From contig CAZGIW010000006.1 in NCBI GenBank assembly GCA_964526285.1, forward strand, positions 6,742 to 70,741: a stretch of 64,000 bases of DNA. The letters run 5' to 3'. Below are positions 1 to 9,200 of this stretch, piece after piece. Under the pieces are notes generated by a model. The model worked only from the letters and a program-made list of their open reading frames with translations. It was not told the origin of the DNA and did no database searches. Every line of letters begins with the position of its first letter. Position 1 is the first letter of the stretch. Made by a program: the position numbers and the translations under genes. This DNA comes from an uncultured Bacteroidales bacterium. GTDB taxonomy: Bacteria; Bacteroidota; Bacteroidia; Bacteroidales; DTU049.

Positions 1-359
1 CAATCTTCAAGTGCCTCCCAGCTCACAGGAATATATTTGCTTTTGTCAGAAGTGGTGCCCGATGATTTTGCAAACCATTTAATTTCGCTGGGCCAAAGCA
101 CCTGCTGATTTCCCTGTCTTATTTTTTCAATATAGGGTTTCAAATCATCATAAGTATGAACAGGAATTCTTTGTTGAAAATCCGTAATGGTTTGAATTTC
201 ATGCATTCTATATTGCCTGCCAAATTCAGTATTGCTCGCAAAATCCAATAACTTTTTCAACAGCTCTTCCTGAACCTCAACCGGATAGCGCATAAAAAAA
301 TCCATCTGATAGAGACGTTTTTTCATAAACCAGGAAAAAAGCGAGTTGATAAACTTCAT
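1..359 (-). CDS. GH3 (auxin-responsive-promoter) family protein, N-terminal part; gene continues past the window start
   Basis: Absent from the ORF track because it runs off the edge. The reverse complement from ATG 359-357 reads MKFINSLFSWFMKKRLYQMDFFMRYPVEVQEELLKKLLDFASNTEFGRQY...IKWFAKSSGTTSDKSKYIPVSWEALED, the conserved N-terminus of bacterial GH3 homologues including the SSGTT motif. A TATATTTG -7 box lies on the minus strand at 388-395. Confidence 0.75.
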   Translation of the reverse strand, partial: MKFINSLFSWFMKKRLYQMDFFMRYPVEVQEELLKKLLDFASNTEFGRQYRMHEIQTITDFQQRIPVHTYDDLKPYIEKIRQGNQQVLWPSEIKWFAKSSGTTSDKSKYIPVSWEALED

Positions 360-587
360 ATAAATACTTTTATGCTGAAAGAGTTTACAAATATATTCAA
401 TTTTTGTGATTTGTGGAGGTATGGAATTTCAAAGAAAGCGACTTATGCGACTTGAGCTCTTTCTCCACTATCCTTACGTGAATTTCTAGGGATGAAAGAG
501 GTTGCGACTTTATCGAATTTGCGAACGAAGAACAAAATAATTCTAAATTCGATTGTCCCGAAAAATTGAAAATCTGTGATTTTCTCA

Positions 588-609
588 TTTTTCGAGGATC
601 CTCGAAAAA
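588..609. repeat. 22-bp perfect palindrome TTTTTCGAGGATCCTCGAAAAA
   Basis: Read directly from the sequence. The centre lies between 598 and 599. Confidence 0.9.
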
Positions 610-697
610 ACTGAAAATTGCACGTTCTTCATTCATATATTTGTTTTTGCAATTTTTGTTTTTTCGGGATTCGAATGTTCTATTACTTCGTTCTCTG

Positions 698-762
698 ACT
701 TTGTTCCCCGTCATTGTTCCCCGTCATTGTTCCCCGACTTTGTTCCCCGACTTTGTTCCCCG
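698..762. repeat. 13-bp tandem repeat x5 (ACTTTGTTCCCCG / TCATTGTTCCCCG)
   Basis: Five contiguous units at 698, 711, 724, 737 and 750. The core TTGTTCCCCG is invariant. Confidence 0.9.
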
Positions 763-818
763 AAATTCACTGAAAGTGAATGAAGGAGGAAAATTCACTG
801 AAAGTGAATGAAGGAGGA
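763..818. repeat. 28-bp tandem repeat x2, each with the palindrome TTCACTGAAAGTGAA and AAGGAGGA
   Basis: AAATTCACTGAAAGTGAATGAAGGAGGA occurs at 763-790 and again at 791-818, identical. Confidence 0.9.
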
Positions 819-861
819 AATACATCTAAGTTGGCTGAAAGAGAATTCTTCGGCTCAAAAC

Positions 862-896
862 CCCTATACCCTATACCCTATACCCTATACCCTATA
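862..896. repeat. heptanucleotide microsatellite (CCCTATA)x5
   Basis: Five perfect contiguous units. Confidence 0.9.
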
Positions 897-947
897 CTCC
901 TAAACATGTATTACTTATTAACTCCCCGTGCCTGAGTCACCCAACCA

Positions 948-1151
948 TTACTCGACGGGTATTTCTTCTGCCATATCAGTGCTGTCTTCCTGTGGTCCGA
1001 ACACAAAATCATCGGCCCCGTCAATGGCAGTTTGACGCTCGCCCTCAGATTCCTTAATATCTTTCAGTCTTTCTTTTTCCAGTTCTTCAGCAGAAGGGCC
1101 ACATGAGCCCAATAGAAGTGCTAAACAAAAAAGGGGAACAAATAATCTCAT
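948..1151 (-). CDS. small acidic lipoprotein, function unknown
   Basis: 67 aa. The signal peptide has a lipobox (LLLGSC) and the mature part is rich in E/D. Confidence 0.5.
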   Translation of the reverse strand: MRLFVPLFCLALLLGSCGPSAEELEKERLKDIKESEGERQTAIDGADDFVFGPQEDSTDMAEEIPVE

Positions 1152-1231
1152 GGCTTTTTTTTTAATTATGAATATGTTTTATATGGCAAAAATAAAAAAA
1201 AACTGTATATTTGAAGCTCAAAAACAATACC

Positions 1232-1615
1232 ATGATAGTAAGGATAATAATGCTTTTAATATTAATTTCAGGTTTTGTACATGCACAAACGGCAGATGAA
1301 TACTATGAAAGCGGTAGAAATTATATGACTAACGGCGACTTTAGAAGTGCTATAGAGGATTTTACAAAGGCTCTTGAAATAGATTCTCTGTACGTGGAGG
1401 CGTGGACAGCTCGTGGTGATGCATGGGAAGAAATTGGAATTTATGGAGAGGCAACTGAGGACTGGATGCAGGCATATTATCTGCACGGTAATGACAGGTT
1501 TGATGAGGGATCCTTTGCTGATGCCTGCCGATACTGGAGCATGGCAGCAGAGATGGGGCATCCTGAAGCAAAAAGTTTATACAGGAATCATTGTAAGAGA
1601 AAAGCAAAAAACTGA
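1232..1615 (+). CDS. secreted TPR/Sel1-repeat protein
   Basis: The track ORF starts at TTG 1211, but that TTG is part of a TATATTTG -7 box (1206-1213), so ATG 1232 is preferred. The signal peptide ends in HAQ. TPR-like (FRSAIEDFTKALEID) and Sel1-like (MAAEMGHPEAKSLY) repeats are present. Confidence 0.65.
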   Translation: MIVRIIMLLILISGFVHAQTADEYYESGRNYMTNGDFRSAIEDFTKALEIDSLYVEAWTARGDAWEEIGIYGEATEDWMQAYYLHGNDRFDEGSFADACRYWSMAAEMGHPEAKSLYRNHCKRKAKN

Positions 1616-1753
1616 CAAACCCCATTAATTTTCTGCCCAAAGGCAGTTGTTGTCATAAGCACATTTTGTCGATACATTTGCCCTTAGTGTATATTTCATT
1701 TTGCACCGGCCATATTTTGTAGCTATCTTTGATTTTCTAAAAAAGTAACGATT

Positions 1754-3070
1754 ATGAAAACAATTTTAAAAAACATGAGCTTTCCTGATAAACTATTATT
1801 TGTCTCTTTGTGGGCATTACTTCAGTTATGGGTTTTGGCTGTCACCGCCCAGGATGCCGAACAGGTAAAAACCTATACACGCGAATTGAGCAGAGATTAT
1901 TACTGCGGCAGAGGATATGAGCATCAGGGAGACCAGAAAGCAGCTGCCTGGATTGCAGCCCGGTTTGATGACGCCGGAATACACCAAATTAACGACAACT
2001 GGTTTCAGGAATTTCAGTTTTCTATCAATACCATGCCATCTACTCTTGAGCTGAAAATTGATGATGTGACACTGAAAACAGGTACCGATTATATTTTGCG
2101 AAAATCTTTTGAAACAACAAATCGTACCTATGATATTCTGCACGTGAAAAATGATATATACAACAGTAAAGAATTTACAGACAGCCTTGCCATGGTGGAT
2201 TTGAGCAACACAATTGCCATCGTTGATATTAATTTTATTTATCAAAACTATAAAAACCACACTGAAGTAATGGATGTGCTGTTTTCTTTGCCTTTCCCAG
2301 GATGGGTGTATCTGACAGACCAACCACTGAGAAGTTATGCTATGTATGGACTCAAATTAAGAGATGTTGTGATGATTGAAATGTCAAAAGATGTGATAAA
2401 AGGAGAAGAGAAGAAGCTTATGCTGAATGTGGAAACAGCGTTTCTCAGTGATTACACCTCAAAAAATGTTATGGGTTATGTGAGAGGAACAAAAAATCCG
2501 GATGAATATATTGTTCTAGGGGCACACTATGATCATTTGGGAATGATGGGAAAAAACACGTATTTTCCAGGAGCCGATGACAATGCTTCAGGTGTAGCTA
2601 CTGTAATTGAATTTGCCCGCTTCTTTTCTGAAAGAAAAAATCGTCCCGAATGCTCTGTTATCTTTGTTTGTTTTGGCGCTGAAGAAGTGGGACTGTTAGG
2701 TTCAGAATATTTTGTTAATAATTGTCCTGTTCCTCACGAAAGCATTAAGCTTGTAATCAATTTAGATATGATTGCTTTCGGAGAAAGCGGTTTTAAAATA
2801 GAATACGGCGATGTACTTACAGATTATATGAACACCATGCGTGAAATTATTCAAACAAATAATCTGGAAATTGAAATACAAGAAGCAGAAGCTCAGCCAC
2901 ACAGTGATCATTTTCCCTTTATTGAAAAAGATATTCCTGCTTTTTTTATCACCAGCGGTGTGAAAGATTCAAAAGATTACCATACTGTGAATGATAACTT
3001 TGAGGCTCTTCCATTCACTAAAATCAACGAATTACTGATTTTACTCAGAGAATTTATGTACACATTTTAA
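1754..3070 (+). CDS. M28 family zinc aminopeptidase, secreted
   Basis: 438 aa with a signal peptide. M28 metal-ligand blocks are GAHYDHLG, GADDNASGVATVIEFARFF, FGAEEVGLLGSEYF and NLDMIA. A TATCTTTG -7 box lies at 1724-1731. Confidence 0.85.
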   Translation: MKTILKNMSFPDKLLFVSLWALLQLWVLAVTAQDAEQVKTYTRELSRDYYCGRGYEHQGDQKAAAWIAARFDDAGIHQINDNWFQEFQFSINTMPSTLELKIDDVTLKTGTDYILRKSFETTNRTYDILHVKNDIYNSKEFTDSLAMVDLSNTIAIVDINFIYQNYKNHTEVMDVLFSLPFPGWVYLTDQPLRSYAMYGLKLRDVVMIEMSKDVIKGEEKKLMLNVETAFLSDYTSKNVMGYVRGTKNPDEYIVLGAHYDHLGMMGKNTYFPGADDNASGVATVIEFARFFSERKNRPECSVIFVCFGAEEVGLLGSEYFVNNCPVPHESIKLVINLDMIAFGESGFKIEYGDVLTDYMNTMREIIQTNNLEIEIQEAEAQPHSDHFPFIEKDIPAFFITSGVKDSKDYHTVNDNFEALPFTKINELLILLREFMYTF

Positions 3071-3107
3071 TGAAAGGTGTTTTTAAAAAATGTTGTAATT
3101 TTACAAC

Positions 3108-3611
3108 ATGCCTCGAAAATTAAATCTTACACCGGATTTTTCAGACTATCAGATTTTTGGTCTTTCCACTCATCTGAAAGATTACAAATTATGCTGGCAT
3201 ATCAATTCTGCTTTGCAAACAAATTTCATAAGGCATGAGGGACTTCCTGTAGATGTAGATCCTCCAAGAAAATACAGCCTTTTTGAACAAAAAGAATTTT
3301 GTGAGCAACTGGATCTGTATTTGCTTTCTAACTTCAGCAACCATATTCCGTGGTTTGAAAAAGCAAAACATTTTCATTACTTTTTTATCATTAGCGGTCG
3401 TCCCCTTAAATCTCAGTTTGTGTTTTTTGAAAAGTCTTTAAAAAAAATTCCGCAAATGTTGATGGTAACAAAACTTAGTTCACAGGAAAAAAAACTGGCA
3501 CAGCCGCTGCTTAGTAATTTTGAATTGCATCTGACAGAAACAGCAATAAGAAACAGAGAGGAATCTAATATAGTCGTGCCCAAAAGAGCAGGCATAAAAA
3601 AACTCAAATAA
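3108..3611 (+). CDS. IPExxxVDY-family protein (Bacteroidota-specific, unknown function)
   Basis: 167 aa. The N-terminal DFSDYQIFGLSTHLKDYKLCWHINSAL block and the IPWFEKAKHFHYFFI block resemble the family signature, which is diverged here. Confidence 0.55.
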   Translation: MPRKLNLTPDFSDYQIFGLSTHLKDYKLCWHINSALQTNFIRHEGLPVDVDPPRKYSLFEQKEFCEQLDLYLLSNFSNHIPWFEKAKHFHYFFIISGRPLKSQFVFFEKSLKKIPQMLMVTKLSSQEKKLAQPLLSNFELHLTETAIRNREESNIVVPKRAGIKKLK

Positions 3612-3625
3612 TACAAATAGCACTG

Positions 3626-4888
3626 ATGAAGAATTTTCCACTGGTTTTTATGATGGCTCGCCGGTATTTGTTTGCCAAAAAATCATTTGCTATTATAAAT
3701 ATTGTATCCTTAATTTCTGTTATCGGGGTAACTGTGGGAACAATGGCGCTTTTTGTTGTATTGTCAGTTTTTAACGGATTTGAAAACCTTATTCTTGGCC
3801 TGTTTAATAGTTTTCACGCTGATTTTAAAATTGAATCTGCCGAAGGCAAAACATTTGATATAACAGAATTTCCCGAAGAGAAAATAAGACAAATTGAAGG
3901 AGTTTATACCGTAACAAATGTCATTGAAGACCTTGCTCTTGCCAGATATAACGACAGACAACATCTGGTCATCGTGAAAGCTGTGAGCGATGAGTTTCTC
4001 CTTTCTGCCAGTCTCGACTCAATTATTATCTACGGCGAACCCATACTTGAATATAATGAAGTAGAATTTGCAATTATTGGAGCCGGTGTTGACTATGTCC
4101 TGGGCGTGAATCTCAATGATTATTCAAAGGGAATTTCACTGTATGTTCCCAAAAGAACAGCAAAAGCCTCTGTGTCAATGGCTCAGGCATTTGTTTCTCA
4201 AAGTGTTTACGCTTCTTCGGTTTTTTCAATTCAGCAGGAGTTTGATGAAGAATATATCATTGTCCCCCTTGAAACCGGAAAACGACTGTATGAATATGAA
4301 AATGAAGTCACTTCTGTTGAAATTATGATGAAACCCAATTCCAGCTTGAAAAAAACCAGAAAAGCACTCAGTCAGATTCTTGGAAATGAATATGTGATTA
4401 AAGACAGATTTCAGCAACAGGAATTTATTTATAAAATTCTCAAAAGTGAAAAACTTGCCATTTTCCTCATCCTTTCGTTTATCCTTATTATTGCAACATT
4501 CAATGTGATAGGAACAATTAGTATGATTATTCTTGAAAAACGTAAAGATATTGCTGTTTTGAGTGCAATGGGATGCCCTCTTTCCACAATACGCAGACTG
4601 TTTGTTGTTGAAGGTATGCTGATTATTGGAACAGGCGCTGTTTTGGGAGTTATTCTTGGTGCAATCCTCTGCTGGCTTCAGCAAAAGTATGGCCTGCTTA
4701 GTCTGGGAAGCCCCGATGCAAACTATGTGGTTATGTCATATCCCGTCAAAATGAAAGCAGGCGATTTGTTAATCATACTCTCTACTGTGGGAGTCATCGG
4801 TTTTTTGTCCTCACTGATCCCCTCACGAAAAATCAAGGGTAAATTTGTAAGTATTAACCAACACGAACAGGGCGTGGAAGAAAAATAA
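3626..4888 (+). CDS. FtsX/LolE-like ABC transporter permease
   Basis: 420 aa with an N-terminal TM helix, a large extracytoplasmic domain and a C-terminal FtsX-type 3-TM bundle (KDIAVLSAMG...). Confidence 0.8.
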   Translation: MKNFPLVFMMARRYLFAKKSFAIINIVSLISVIGVTVGTMALFVVLSVFNGFENLILGLFNSFHADFKIESAEGKTFDITEFPEEKIRQIEGVYTVTNVIEDLALARYNDRQHLVIVKAVSDEFLLSASLDSIIIYGEPILEYNEVEFAIIGAGVDYVLGVNLNDYSKGISLYVPKRTAKASVSMAQAFVSQSVYASSVFSIQQEFDEEYIIVPLETGKRLYEYENEVTSVEIMMKPNSSLKKTRKALSQILGNEYVIKDRFQQQEFIYKILKSEKLAIFLILSFILIIATFNVIGTISMIILEKRKDIAVLSAMGCPLSTIRRLFVVEGMLIIGTGAVLGVILGAILCWLQQKYGLLSLGSPDANYVVMSYPVKMKAGDLLIILSTVGVIGFLSSLIPSRKIKGKFVSINQHEQGVEEK

Positions 4889-4894
4889 AATACT

Positions 4895-5788
4895 ATGAAA
4901 AAATTGGTTTTAATTTATTTGTCTGTTTCTGCTGTTTTTTTTTCAATAGGACAAACAGTACTGCTGCCAGTTGAAGAGTTCAACTCAAATATCCTGGTGC
5001 ACGGAACAACAGCTCCTTCAACTGTATGGTTTGCCCCAAATTACCAACCACCTATTGCATGGACTTCATCAGGTGGCTGCCCCGACGGCAGAATTGGCTA
5101 TTCTTCGTCATGGAATAATTACTGGGGTAATTTTGTGCGACTACCCCAAATTAACTGCACAGGTCATGATACAATCATTTTGTCATTTGATGTGAGTCAT
5201 TCCTGGTTTTCCGCTCATACCAACGATTGGTGTCGCTTTTATATTTGGGCTGACGGTGGGTATACCCACAATGTTGTGTCTGTTCTGATTGACTCTGTTG
5301 ATGTGACATATGATTCAGGGATCAACGGCAAAGGTTTCAGGTTTACCGAAGTCAGGTCATGCAATTCTGTTGAGGTGAAATTTGATATTTCTGCCATCTC
5401 AAACAAAAGCAACTTGCTGTTGTATATTGAACCTTCATGCAGTTACAATAATAGTAATGTTTTTTATGTGTATTTTGATAATATCAGCGCGAAGTCACAC
5501 GATGGTGTATCGGTAAGTCTTGAAGATAAAAAAGAAGAGTTTGAGTTTTTGGTGTATCCTGTGCCGGCATCAGAAAGTATTAATCTGGAGTATAAACAGG
5601 GATTTCCACCCAATACATCTATTGGTGTTTTTTCTGTTGACGGAAAGGTTCTGATAAAAGAGAATTTGTTATATGGAGAAACCTTGCATTGGATTAACAT
5701 TTCTCAGCTGTATGCAGGAATATATCTGATGAATATTATTTCTGAAAAACAAGGTGTTTTATTTCAAAAAAGTATTGTTGTGGAATAA
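4895..5788 (+). CDS. secreted protein of unknown function with T9SS C-terminal sorting domain
   Basis: 297 aa with a signal peptide (SIGQ). The C-terminal ~80 aa (YPVPASESINLEY...GVFSVDGKVL...LYAGIYLMNI) match the type A T9SS CTD pattern. Confidence 0.7.
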   Translation: MKKLVLIYLSVSAVFFSIGQTVLLPVEEFNSNILVHGTTAPSTVWFAPNYQPPIAWTSSGGCPDGRIGYSSSWNNYWGNFVRLPQINCTGHDTIILSFDVSHSWFSAHTNDWCRFYIWADGGYTHNVVSVLIDSVDVTYDSGINGKGFRFTEVRSCNSVEVKFDISAISNKSNLLLYIEPSCSYNNSNVFYVYFDNISAKSHDGVSVSLEDKKEEFEFLVYPVPASESINLEYKQGFPPNTSIGVFSVDGKVLIKENLLYGETLHWINISQLYAGIYLMNIISEKQGVLFQKSIVVE

Positions 5789-5823
5789 AAAAAAGCTGTC
5801 TTAAAAAAGACAGCTTTTCTTTT
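5787..5823. terminator. bidirectional rho-independent terminator between convergent genes
   Basis: Stem AGCTGTCT (5794-5801) pairs with AGACAGCT (5809-5816), flanked by an A-run and a T-run. Confidence 0.75.
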
Positions 5824-5839
5824 AATAATGCTGTTTTGC

Positions 5840-6022
5840 TTATTCAGCAACTTCTTCAACAACGTCGTCTTCAACAACTTCTTCAACAACTTCTTCTTCA
5901 ACAACTTCTTCAACAACTTCTTCAGTAGTTTCTTCAGTTGTTTCTTCTTCTTTTGGAGCTTCGTTGCAAGCAACAAATGCAAACATTGCAAATGCTACTA
6001 ATAAATAACTTAATTTTTTCAT
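5840..6022 (-). CDS. small acidic lipoprotein with (EEVV)n repeats
   Basis: The track ORF starts at GTG 6064, but ATG 6022 gives MKKLSYLLVAFAMFAFVAC (lipobox) followed by EETTEETTEEVVEEVVEEEVVEEVVEDDVVEEV. A TAAATTTG -7 box lies on the minus strand at 6096-6103. Confidence 0.55.
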   Translation of the reverse strand: MKKLSYLLVAFAMFAFVACNEAPKEEETTEETTEEVVEEVVEEEVVEEVVEDDVVEEVAE

Positions 6023-6238
6023 GATACTTTGTTTTTGGTTAATAACTTTCTTTTTAGTTAGCACTGCAAATATACGTTATAAATAATTGCAAGTGCAAAT
6101 TTATTTTAACATTTATTAACATTTGTTTATAGACTAAATATAAATAAGGAAAACTTAAAAACGGCAAATTTTTTTTAATCGCGCAACCTATAAGCATTTT
6201 AATTTGTTGTAACTTTGATAAAAATTAAAAGAAATTGT

Positions 6239-9200
6239 ATGAAAAAAATTAAATTTCTAATAGCAATTGCCACTGTAGTTTTTACAGTTTTTTCCCCTTT
6301 TTGTGCTTATTCACAAACGAATGTCACAATTATTTCAGAAACTTCAACTGAAATTATTGTCAAATTTCAACCATCTGCTCCCACTTTTAAATCTGTGGAA
6401 ACTCCCTGGGGAACCATGCAGATTCCGCAGGTAGATAAAGGCACATATGTGTTGAAGGGAGGATATCCTGAGATGCAGAAATTAACCGCCTCAGTGGTAA
6501 TTTCACCTCAGGGGTCGTCAGATTTTGAAATTATCGGAGCAGATTATTATGAGTTGGAAAACGTGGATATTGCTCCATCCAAAGGGAATCTTTTGCGCAA
6601 TGTAAATCCAGATGATGTTCCCTATGTCAAATCATCTGTATATTCTCAAAATGCATACTGGCCGGTCAGTCCAGCCACATTAAAAGATCCATATAACATC
6701 AGGACAATGCGAGGGCAGACGATTGTTGTTACTCCATTTGCATGGAACCCGGTGTCAAAGTCACTAAGGATTTATACAGAGATTACAGTTCGGATATCTT
6801 TCACTTCTTCTCCCGGAATCAATGAACTGCCCCAACATGTGGCTGGTAATGAGTCTTATGATTTCGAACGTATTTATGAGCGTCAGTTTTTAAACTACAA
6901 TTCTTCTTCATCAAAATATACTCCTGTAGAGGAAGATGGTAATATGCTGATTATCTGTCATGGTTCTTTTCTGACAGAGATGGAGCCTTTTGTGCGCTGG
7001 AAAAACCAGAAAGGTATCCCAACAGAGATTGTTGATGTTGCCACTATTGGGAATTCAGCTCAGATTAAAACCTATGTGGAAAATTATTATAATACAAATG
7101 GACTGACATATCTTTTATTGGTTGGTGATCATGCACAGGTGCCTGCCAGTTCCACATCAGCTGGTCCTTCAGATAATAATTATTCTTATATTGTTGGAAG
7201 TGATCGTTATCCTGATATTTTTGTGGGGCGTTTTTCAGCAGAGAATGTTGGCCATGTCACAACGCAGGTTGAAAGATCAGTTCAATATGAAAAGTATCCC
7301 GAGATAGCGGGAACATGGTATAAGAAAGGGGCTGGTATTGCTTCAGAAGAAGGTCCTGGACATAATAATCTTTATGATCATGAACATTTGCAACAGATAA
7401 GGTTAAAGCTATTGGCATATAATTATTCAGATGTAACAGAGCACTATGAAGGTTCGCAGGGCGGGTTGGACATGCCAGGAGACCCAACAGCACTTCAGGT
7501 ACTTGATGACCTGAATAGCGGAGCCAGCATTATTAACTATACTGGTCATGGTTGGGATCAGGGTTGGGGCACTTCCGGTTTCAGCAACACGCATGTTGAT
7601 CAGTTGACTAATGTTAACAAACTTCCATTTATTTGGTCAGTGGCATGTGTCAATGGAAACTTCACAACAACCACATGCTTTGGAGAAGCCTGGCTCAGAG
7701 CAACACATAGTGGCCAGCCAACCGGTGCTATTGGCATTATGGCGTCCACAATTAATCAAAGCTGGAATCCTCCAATGAGCGGACAGTTGGAAATGGTTGA
7801 CATTCTTATTGAATCATACAGTGGCAATATTAAACGAAGCTTTGGTGGTATTAGCATGAATGGTTGTATGAAGATGAATGATGATTATGGAACAGGTGGT
7901 GAAGACATGACAGACACATGGGTTTTGTTTGGAGACCCGTCTCTTGTTGTCAGAACAGATACTCCTGCACCCATGACTGTAACACATCAGGCACAGGCCA
8001 TTATTGGAAATGACAATATTGATGTGCAGTGTAATGTTGACGGTGCTTTGGTATGTTTAAGTATTGACGGGGTTATTCTCGGACGGGGATATGTGAACAG
8101 TGGAAATGTTAATATCATGTTTTCACCTTTAACTACAATTGATCCAATAGATGTTGTGGTAACTGCCTACAATAAACAAACTTATCTGGGGACAATTAAT
8201 GTTATACCCCCGGCAGGACCCTACGTAATCAGAGAAACTGTTGTTATTAATGATGCTGCAGGCAATAACAACGGACTGGCTGATTTTGGTGAAACGATTC
8301 AACTGAATGTAACTCTCAAAAATATTGGTGTTGATCCTGCAACAAACGTGACGGCCACAGTGTCATCAGCCAACACCAACATTACAATAACTGGCAATAA
8401 TGCCACATTTGGAAATATTGCTGCCGGTGGTTCGCATCTTGTGAACAATGCATTTAGCTTCACTGTCAATGATTCCATTACAGATCAGGAAATTGTATGG
8501 TTTTCTATCGCTGCTACTGATGGTGTTGATGTGTGGAACTCCACTTTTAGTATAACACTCAATGCACCGGTTTTGTCAGTAACAACAGTTCAGGTGAATG
8601 ATGCCGGAGGAAATCAAAATGGAAGAATTGATCCGGGAGAAACAGTTCAGCTAATTTTTAATACATTGAATGATGGGCATGCAGATTCACCGCTTGCAAC
8701 AGGACAACTGAGCAGCGGTTCTTCTAATGTTACAATAACAAATGCCAGTGTCAATGCAGGAGCTTTGCCCTTAGGACAAACTACTCCGGTTGCCTTTGAG
8801 GTGACCATTGATCCGGCAACTCCCATAGGAACAGTAATAGATTTTTCATATACATGTAGTGCAAATCCATACTCAACTTCCAAACAGATTTCAATGGCTG
8901 CAGGGCTGATTGTTGAAGATTGGGAATCAAATGATTTCAGTTCATATCCCTGGACTACTTCGGGCAATGCGCCATGGACAATCATCAGTGGTACAAATGT
9001 GTTTGAAGGAGGTTTTGCTGCCCGCTCTGGAGTTATTAGTGACGATCAGCAAAGTATACTTAGTGTAACACTCAATATTGTTGCTGATGACACAATTTCA
9101 TTCTACAAAAAAGTATCATGTGAATATGGTTCTCAATGGTCTCAATGGTGGGATTACCTTGTGTTTCACGTAAACACAACTGAAATGGGAAGATGGGACG

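Noticed and set aside
397-811. Track ORFs 397-714 (minus, 105 aa) and 566-811 (plus, 81 aa) in the long spacer.
   Set aside because: Both read through palindromes and tandem repeats and give low-complexity K/R/N- or F/L-rich peptides. They overlap each other on opposite strands and have no promoter box or family resemblance. I treat the region as non-coding.
698-896. Possible CRISPR array or oriC (iterons, DnaA boxes).
   Set aside because: The repeats are contiguous with no spacers and no cas genes are present. Only a partial TGTGGA match to a DnaA box was seen (around 411-416), and no dnaA/dnaN context is present. The evidence is insufficient for either call.
5764-5991. 75-aa ORF with KKLL repeats antisense to the acidic lipoprotein gene.
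   Set aside because: It is the mirror image of the GAA/GTT-rich (EEVV)n coding repeat and runs through the bidirectional terminator. This is a strand-symmetry artefact.
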